In this document: positions 16,259 through 21,665 of the stretch, in pieces
Numbering within the stretch: position 1 is the first letter of the stretch
Layout: the number at the start of each line of letters is the position of its first letter
Source of the DNA: a virus
Lineage: Duplodnaviria; Heunggongvirae; Uroviricota; Caudoviricetes
Reading direction: 5' to 3' (one strand)
Length of the DNA stretch: 21,665 bases
Virus record (IMG/VR): IMGVR_UViG_2617270975_000008
Made by a program: the position numbers and the translations under genes
Notes under the pieces: generated by a model
Seen by the model: only the letters and a program-made list of their open reading frames with translations
Databases searched by the model: none
What the model was told of the DNA's origin: nothing

Positions 16259-16342
16259 TTATCCCCAGCGGCAAATCGAATACACCACCAGCGCCACCGC
16301 CATCGCAATTCCTACCGTTGTTAATGCTTCAGGCCAGCTCAT
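16259..16342 (-). CDS. Candidate 27-aa hydrophobic peptide (MSWPEALTTVGIAMAVALVVYSICRWG) coupled to the DUF551 gene stop
   Basis: AGGAGG 8 nt upstream of an ATG that overlaps the upstream TGA (ATGA); single predicted TM-like segment; below ORF cut-off. Confidence 0.3.
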   Translation of the reverse strand: MSWPEALTTVGIAMAVALVVYSICRWG

Positions 16343-17241
16343 TGATTCACCTCCTGCGGCGGTTCTGGTAGCGGCATCCAGTGTGACGGTTTCCACGACG
16401 CACCAGGAATTATCCACCCATCATTAGCGTCAGGATGCCCGGGGATGTAAGTAGCCCATTTCATTCGCCAGTCACCTTTCCTGTCAAACTCCACGGCAAC
16501 AAGAACGGCTGTTTTGGTATTCGGCATTCGCTCACTACAGCTTATCCAACCATCCGGAGTTGCCGGAGAGTTGCCCGATAGTGCATTCTGCTCCAGTGAT
16601 GCTTTTACAAACCACGCTGCCTGAACTATAACGCCATGAATCCAGCGCAAATCAGCATCGCGATCTTTCTTTTTCATCTTTTCGCCACTTAAGGCCTTGC
16701 TTATGTGGCTGCGTACCAGGTCTTCATGTAATTCCTTCGCCTCCTCAATGGTGAAACCACCAGGCAGAAGAGCCGGAGTTACCGGAGAGCTGGTTGACGC
16801 TTCCGGGATTTCCCGAAAATTATTGGTTGACGAATTCTTGCTTTCCCGAAAGTTTCCGGACTGAAGCATGGCGGTGCGGCAGGCGTTCCATATTTCGGCA
16901 GCAATATCGCGCTCGCTATCGGTTAATTTGTACGTGGAAACATAGCCAGAGAGCATTTCTACGTTTTCCGGAGTTGCTTCTTCCGGCACTACCGGCGCTG
17001 GCGGGGCGATGCGTCCAAGCAACTTATTTACCTCTTTCGCCATCGCGTCATATTTATCTAAATGGCGATTAGCTTCTAAGCAGACTCGGCGCATCTGATC
17101 TGAGTTAACTCGTTTAACTGGATCTGCTTCCAGCGATGCCAGCGCAATCCGTGCCAGTTCCATTTGTTCACCACGGGTAAGCCCGTTTTCAAGCGGATTT
17201 TTAATGAACAATTCAATACGTTCTTTGGTAATAGTGGTCAT
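16339..17241 (-). CDS. Prophage protein with C-terminal DUF551-like domain
   Basis: 300 aa; AAGGAG SD; C-terminal region (WISCSERMP...WMPLPEPP) resembles DUF551 as recalled. Confidence 0.55.
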   Translation of the reverse strand: MTTITKERIELFIKNPLENGLTRGEQMELARIALASLEADPVKRVNSDQMRRVCLEANRHLDKYDAMAKEVNKLLGRIAPPAPVVPEEATPENVEMLSGYVSTYKLTDSERDIAAEIWNACRTAMLQSGNFRESKNSSTNNFREIPEASTSSPVTPALLPGGFTIEEAKELHEDLVRSHISKALSGEKMKKKDRDADLRWIHGVIVQAAWFVKASLEQNALSGNSPATPDGWISCSERMPNTKTAVLVAVEFDRKGDWRMKWATYIPGHPDANDGWIIPGASWKPSHWMPLPEPPQEVNQ

Positions 17242-17251
17242 GTGTTACTCC

Positions 17252-17515
17252 TTAACCCGCAGTGCTTTCAACTGATGAGGGGAACAAAATCTTTTCATCA
17301 AACCCTGCATTCATATCATGAACAGCAACACACCAATCCATCGACGAACGATTATCAAGAGCCTCCATGATTTCATCCATGCGGCGCAGGTCATACAGGT
17401 AAATGCTTTTATCGCCAATGGTGTAAAAACCAATTTTTTTCGGTGATGGACAGCGATCAAGAACGTCCTGTAATTCGCTCAACCATGCTTGTTCTTTTTT
17501 TGTCAAAGTTGCCAT
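17252..17515 (-). CDS. Hypothetical phage early protein (87 aa)
   Basis: ORF with SD supplied by the conserved junction AAAGGAGAGTGA. Confidence 0.6.
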   Translation of the reverse strand: MATLTKKEQAWLSELQDVLDRCPSPKKIGFYTIGDKSIYLYDLRRMDEIMEALDNRSSMDWCVAVHDMNAGFDEKILFPSSVESTAG

Positions 17516-17516
17516 A

Positions 17517-18008
17517 TCACTCTCCTTTGATGCGAATGCCAGTGGTACTCATTCTCCTGATTTCCCAGAGCACACGAGGAACACCACCGTTTCCGACCGG
17601 ATCGCGTTTACTCCGCAGGGCGACGCTTGATTCCGCCCAGCTTTTTCTTGGAGGAAGCTCTTTCACACGAACAAAACCAGCTGCGCGGAGAGATGCTCCT
17701 GATTCATCTGCCTGGGTGTACGTAATACAACGTTGATAACCCATAGCCTTTGCTGCCCGCCAGACAGCACCATAAAGCGCGCTGTTAGCGTTGCGTTCTC
17801 CTGTGGTACATGTGCGATTTACTTCAAGCGTTAATCCATCGTCCAAATGTCGTGCAACAGGTCTACCGGCTGTCGCCACACCTATCAATTCTCCGGCATC
17901 ATTTCTCAGACCAATGCTGAATTTATGCCCCACCGGGGGTTTATTGTGTCGGTGATGTCTGGATATAAACGCCTTCGCAACACGAAGAGTAACCGGTGAA
18001 ATTTGCAT
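17517..18008 (-). CDS. Hypothetical phage protein (164 aa from MQISP start)
   Basis: The ATG at 18008 has an AAGGAG SD; the 176-aa track ORF start lies inside the upstream gene. Confidence 0.6.
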   Translation of the reverse strand: MQISPVTLRVAKAFISRHHRHNKPPVGHKFSIGLRNDAGELIGVATAGRPVARHLDDGLTLEVNRTCTTGERNANSALYGAVWRAAKAMGYQRCITYTQADESGASLRAAGFVRVKELPPRKSWAESSVALRSKRDPVGNGGVPRVLWEIRRMSTTGIRIKGE

Positions 18009-18010
18009 TC

Positions 18011-18370
18011 TCACTCTCCTTTGATGCCAATGTTTACAGACTGGCAAGCCTCTTTGAGCACCCAGTCAACAGCGTCTTTCCATGCTCCGGTTTCGACTGG
18101 CGGATTCTCACGCTTTACCTGTTCATAGAAACGCACTGCTTTAATCAATCCTTCTGGTGTCAGTGGCACAGGCGGGGCAGTGAATAACGCCTGAATTTCA
18201 TAGTTCGGTCTGTCGTTGCAATCCTCTTTTGTCGGTACATATTTCCAGTCACCAACCCACTGCTTCCCCTGAAAGTCTGTAACGCCTTTTTTCACGTAGC
18301 GATATCGCCATGCCACTGGTTTTGCCTGCCCTGCCTTTTCATGCCCTTCCTGATAATTAATCTCGCTCAT
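18011..18370 (-). CDS. Hypothetical phage protein (119 aa)
   Basis: ORF; ends with the same IKGE-stop junction as the next gene. Confidence 0.6.
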   Translation of the reverse strand: MSEINYQEGHEKAGQAKPVAWRYRYVKKGVTDFQGKQWVGDWKYVPTKEDCNDRPNYEIQALFTAPPVPLTPEGLIKAVRFYEQVKRENPPVETGAWKDAVDWVLKEACQSVNIGIKGE

Positions 18371-18543
18371 TCATCGCCCCACTCATCACAATATGCTTCG
18401 ACCGGTGTTTTCCCTGCTTCATAATCATCACGCCATGCTTCAGCATCAGCGGCACTTCCACCGCGTAACTCTGCATAATCCATTAACAGTTCATGCCATT
18501 CTTCAAAACTGGCGTTATATTTAGTTGAACCAAAATCAGCCAT
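18367..18543 (-). CDS. Small hypothetical acidic protein (58 aa, MADFGSTKYNASFEEWHELL...)
   Basis: Hand-translated; stop overlaps the downstream ATG (ATGA); below ORF cut-off. Confidence 0.4.
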   Translation of the reverse strand: MADFGSTKYNASFEEWHELLMDYAELRGGSAADAEAWRDDYEAGKTPVEAYCDEWGDE

Positions 18544-18718
18544 TTTGTTCTTCCTCTTCGTCTTTTATTTCGTGGTATGAGTAATTGCAGTAGTTAAAGA
18601 AAATATCTTTAGCTTCATCCTGTATTTCATCTGGTGTTGCATCATCATCCACTTCGAATTCATCCTCGAAATCTCCACCGGCTATTCCCGTTTCAATAAT
18701 TATTTTGAATTTTCGCAT
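18536..18718 (-). CDS. Small highly acidic hypothetical protein (60 aa)
   Basis: ORF; D/E-rich (EDEFEVDDDATPDEIQDE, DEEEEQ). Confidence 0.45.
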   Translation of the reverse strand: MRKFKIIIETGIAGGDFEDEFEVDDDATPDEIQDEAKDIFFNYCNYSYHEIKDEEEEQNG

Positions 18719-18846
18719 TTCACTACCGCCCTTTCGGACGGCCTCCTGATGTTCTGAGGGTGCAGGAATCCCTCCGGTTAAGGATTTAATAAAAATCGTT
18801 TCTGATTTAAATCTTCGGTATTTAGTTGTTAGTCGGTTTATAGCCT

Positions 18847-19158
18847 TTATGCTTCGGCCTTATTTCTCAGCCATACACAAACCGGGCCATCTTCGGTGTC
18901 ATGTATTGAACCAATAAACCATCCATTGCCCTCTGGTCGTTCCGGTTCCCATGCAGAAATATCAGCATCACACGCATCAAGGTCAGCACATCCTTCATCT
19001 CTGAAGCAGAGGACGTATTGAAGATTATTTTCCTCCATCCAGGCGTTAAACTCTTCCGTTGAAATATATTCCCGACCGTCACAGAATTTTTCATATTCAG
19101 GATGCGTCCAGCAGCCATATTCATCACGTACTACTGGTATTTCTTTAATTTCATTCAT
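18847..19158 (-). CDS. Hypothetical phage protein (103 aa), Cys/acidic-rich
   Basis: ORF; start overlaps upstream stop. Confidence 0.6.
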   Translation of the reverse strand: MNEIKEIPVVRDEYGCWTHPEYEKFCDGREYISTEEFNAWMEENNLQYVLCFRDEGCADLDACDADISAWEPERPEGNGWFIGSIHDTEDGPVCVWLRNKAEA

Positions 19159-19405
19159 TTCTGTTCTCCCACGTTTTCAGACTTTCACCACAGAACGGAC
19201 AAAATGAAACCCGAACTGGTAATTTAGAAAATTCACCGGAACGCAACATCACAAAATCAGGACCGCGAGTTAAACTCTCATTCCAGATTTTGTATATCAG
19301 CAGACCTTTTCGCATCGTGTATTCAGCATCACGCTCAAGGGACTTTGCCAGTGCTGCACATGGTTCTATCTTGTTGCCATTAACCTGGCATTTTGATTCA
19401 CTCAC
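19151..19405 (-). CDS. Hypothetical phage protein (84 aa) with C-terminal CPFCG motif; GTG start
   Basis: ORF; GTGA overlap with upstream stop. Confidence 0.55.
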   Translation of the reverse strand: MSESKCQVNGNKIEPCAALAKSLERDAEYTMRKGLLIYKIWNESLTRGPDFVMLRSGEFSKLPVRVSFCPFCGESLKTWENRNE

Positions 19406-19839
19406 CGCACCACCTCCTCAAAATTCCCCTGATAAAACGCCAGTACACGCTGCATAGCTTCACTCTTCCGGCACTCGCGACAGATTATGTTTAGGCGCCT
19501 GTCGTAGCGGCGTATTTCGCCGTCTGGTAATAGCCAGATAAGGTCCGGATCAACCACAGATGGTTTCTTCAGCTTTGCCCTTGAGAGTTTTTTGCGGGCG
19601 TTTTGCCAGTCCTTGCGCGCCTGCTCAGACGGGAATACTCCGTAACCGGAATTGTAAACATCACCACTGGCGGCCAGCTCCATGCATAAACGACCGACAG
19701 ACGCATGACTGACACCAATTTCATCCGATAACTGCCGAATCGTGCCTCGTCCGTTAAGGCGTACGAATTCCACGATCAGCCCTTTAATTTTTTCCCGCTC
19801 TTCTTGTGTAAATACTTTTGCCATAAGCGCCTCCGGCAA
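19402..19839 (-). CDS. Hypothetical phage protein (145 aa) with HTH-like segment
   Basis: ORF abutting the upstream gene; GTIRQLSDEIGVSHASVGRL helix-turn-helix-like. Confidence 0.6.
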   Translation of the reverse strand: MPEALMAKVFTQEEREKIKGLIVEFVRLNGRGTIRQLSDEIGVSHASVGRLCMELAASGDVYNSGYGVFPSEQARKDWQNARKKLSRAKLKKPSVVDPDLIWLLPDGEIRRYDRRLNIICRECRKSEAMQRVLAFYQGNFEEVVR

Positions 19840-20610
19840 TCACTTTTCCGATACAACACGGCGGGAAGAATCAGTAATCTGTCGAACAATATCCCGGTGC
19901 TTGTTCAGCTCCCGCAGCGCGGCGCAGACTCGCTCCCACTTCTGAACATCACTTTTCGCCCTGCGCAGCGCCAGGTTTGCCCTGCGAAGGGACGGAAAAA
20001 TCAGCTCATCTGCTTGCGTTTCGGTAAACGATGGCAACGGCTGCACAATGTCCGCCACAGTTTCTGTTTTAATTTCTTCCTGTGTTGCGGCTTCCCGGAC
20101 TGGTAACGCAGCACCTGCTGGCTGAGGAAAGGCCTTACCATCACTTTCCGTTACCAGAGCGGCTTTCGGCTCTGCTGGTAAATTATCGCCCGGCATGCAG
20201 TAACGAAATTTACCGTTCTGATTAACGCGTGCCAGCCGCCCCGTTGCGGTTACCACCGCCAGCGTGGAAGCAACCTTGCGAGTACTGACACCGAACTTAC
20301 CCGCCAGTTCCTCACACGTTTTAGCCCCATCCTGACCGATAAACTCAATCATCATGTCTGCGGTAACTTTTTGTTCGACCTCCCCGGTCAGCATATCCTG
20401 TGCTTCAGATTTTACTGGCCGCTCTTCGGTTACCCGGGATTCACCTTCGCCAGCCAGATACCAGGTGTGACCAGTTTTATCAACGACGCCTTTTCTTTTG
20501 AGTTCCCACAGCTCGTTGACAGCCTCTTCACGACTGATTCCAAGGCGAGCTGCCACCACATGTGAAGAGGCTTTTTTCAGTGCTTTCAGTGCGTCAGATA
20601 CGGTTTCCAT
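19840..20610 (-). CDS. Hypothetical replication-module protein (256 aa) with repeated winged-helix-like segments
   Basis: ORF immediately downstream of the DnaC-like gene; function not recognised. Confidence 0.55.
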   Translation of the reverse strand: METVSDALKALKKASSHVVAARLGISREEAVNELWELKRKGVVDKTGHTWYLAGEGESRVTEERPVKSEAQDMLTGEVEQKVTADMMIEFIGQDGAKTCEELAGKFGVSTRKVASTLAVVTATGRLARVNQNGKFRYCMPGDNLPAEPKAALVTESDGKAFPQPAGAALPVREAATQEEIKTETVADIVQPLPSFTETQADELIFPSLRRANLALRRAKSDVQKWERVCAALRELNKHRDIVRQITDSSRRVVSEK

Positions 20611-20631
20611 TAAAATTTCCTCCGGACAAAA

Positions 20632-21378
20632 TTACTTCACAACCCTCATATTGCTGACATTTGGACGCCAGCTATCCCAGTTAAACGTCACCCATCGACC
20701 ACCGTTCATGGTCATGCGGTCCATAATCCTCTCACCAAGAAGCGTACTCATTGCGGCATGATTCAGGTTTGTTAACATCCCGACACTGCACAGTGATGCT
20801 GTCCGGCGATCAATTATCTGGTGCAATACCACCTGCTCGTTTTTCGTCTCCCGCTGAACGCCTATTTCATCCAGGACCAGCAAATCAACCCCGCAAAGCT
20901 CCTGTAAAAATTTTTCCCCGGATTTGCCGTTGTCGTAGCTGTCATGCAACACGCTCATGACGTCAGACACGGTGACGATAATCACGCTGCGCCCCTTCAC
21001 CATCAGCCGGTTGCCCATCGCCGCTGCAAGGTGATTTTTCCCGGTGCCAGTTTTACCGCTGAACACAAAATTCGTGCACTCGGTCATCAGTTCGTCAGCT
21101 ATGGATTTGGCCTGGCTCAGCGCGTATTTTTGCCCGTCGTTCTGCACCTGATAATTTGCAAACGAGCATTTGCTGTGCAGAGGCTGGATGCCCGAACGAT
21201 TCAGGATTTTTTCCACCCGCAACTGGCGATTCTGGCGGTTAATCTCCTCGCTGCGTTTTCGTCCTTCAGCAAGTTGCCATTCCCGCCACTCCTCCACCGT
21301 CCGGTACGGTGGAACCGACCCCTGTGGTGCAAGTCTGCGAATACGTTCAAGAACCCCAACTGCCGCAATGTTTTTCAT
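20632..21378 (-). CDS. DnaC-like helicase loader / phage replication protein (AAA+)
   Basis: 248 aa; Walker A GKTGTGKNHLA, Walker B LLVLDEIG. Confidence 0.8.
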   Translation of the reverse strand: MKNIAAVGVLERIRRLAPQGSVPPYRTVEEWREWQLAEGRKRSEEINRQNRQLRVEKILNRSGIQPLHSKCSFANYQVQNDGQKYALSQAKSIADELMTECTNFVFSGKTGTGKNHLAAAMGNRLMVKGRSVIIVTVSDVMSVLHDSYDNGKSGEKFLQELCGVDLLVLDEIGVQRETKNEQVVLHQIIDRRTASLCSVGMLTNLNHAAMSTLLGERIMDRMTMNGGRWVTFNWDSWRPNVSNMRVVK

Positions 21379-21384
21379 GACACG

Positions 21385-21665
21385 TCACCCCCTGAATCCC
21401 GGCGGTATTTCAGTGTCCGGTTCAGAAATGTGATTCACGCAACGCTGCGCAGGCGAACGCCCCAGGCGGATAACCAGTTCATCCCATTTTTCCCGGAGTT
21501 TTGCCGGACTCATGATGTTTTTTACCCAGAACGAATCCCGCTGGAGACGCCCAAACATTTCACAAATTTGTCTGTGAGTTCTGCCATCCAGCATCCGCAT
21601 TGTGCGAACGTCATTGGCCCATGCTGTCCAGTTGGGTTCTTTCGGTCTAGTGATCTCGCCATCAT
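21385..21665 (-). CDS. 3' part of an upstream replication-module gene (frame open to window edge); possibly replication initiator
   Basis: Frame stays open from 21600 to 21665 (hand-translated ...DGEITRPKEPNWTAWANDVRT-MRMLDG...); product inferred from position only. Confidence 0.4.
   Translation of the reverse strand, partial: DGEITRPKEPNWTAWANDVRTMRMLDGRTHRQICEMFGRLQRDSFWVKNIMSPAKLREKWDELVIRLGRSPAQRCVNHISEPDTEIPPGFRG

Noticed and set aside
16180-17370. Plus-strand ORFs 16180-16371, 16794-17072 and 17164-17370
   Set aside because: Antisense to the DUF551 gene and its neighbour; no RBS.
17443-21433. Plus-strand ORFs 17443-17736, 17996-18187, 19742-19945, 19804-20106, 20371-20565, 20498-20761, 20751-20960, 21170-21433 and minus-strand 18867-19127
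   Set aside because: Antisense or off-frame relative to a tightly coupled minus-strand operon whose genes have overlapping stop/start codons.
1-21665. CRISPR array or other long tandem repeat
   Set aside because: No regularly spaced direct repeats were seen; the only repeat clusters are the IS21 end repeats, relO hexads and the 17-bp junction pair.

Overview
This window is a lambdoid prophage segment read mostly on the minus strand, running from the replication module (right edge) through a nin-like region to the late/lysis region (left), with two transposable-element insertions. All calls rest on reading the supplied sequence and translations plus recalled family knowledge; no database search was run. 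Main content, from high to low coordinates: partial replication gene and DnaC-like helicase loader; a run of small, tightly coupled early genes; a DUF551-type protein; an IS481-like DDE transposase element; flxA with a sigma-28 promoter; the relB-relE-hokD toxin-antitoxin cluster (as in E. coli K-12 Qin); DUF968 (YdfU-like), RusA and a Q-like antiterminator candidate with pR'/tR' signals; an orphan DNA methyltransferase; three phage tRNAs (Ile-CAU, Arg-UCG, Arg-UCU); the locus where Stx phages carry stxAB, here holding AT-rich cargo of unknown function; NanS-p-like esterase; holin S; a two-gene insertion between S and R; an SAR-type endolysin R whose 3' end is cut by an IS21-family element (istA-istB). 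The best candidates for undescribed function are the convergent two-gene cassette between holin and endolysin (2961-4223) and the cargo at the stx-equivalent position (6459-7950). No CRISPR array was seen.
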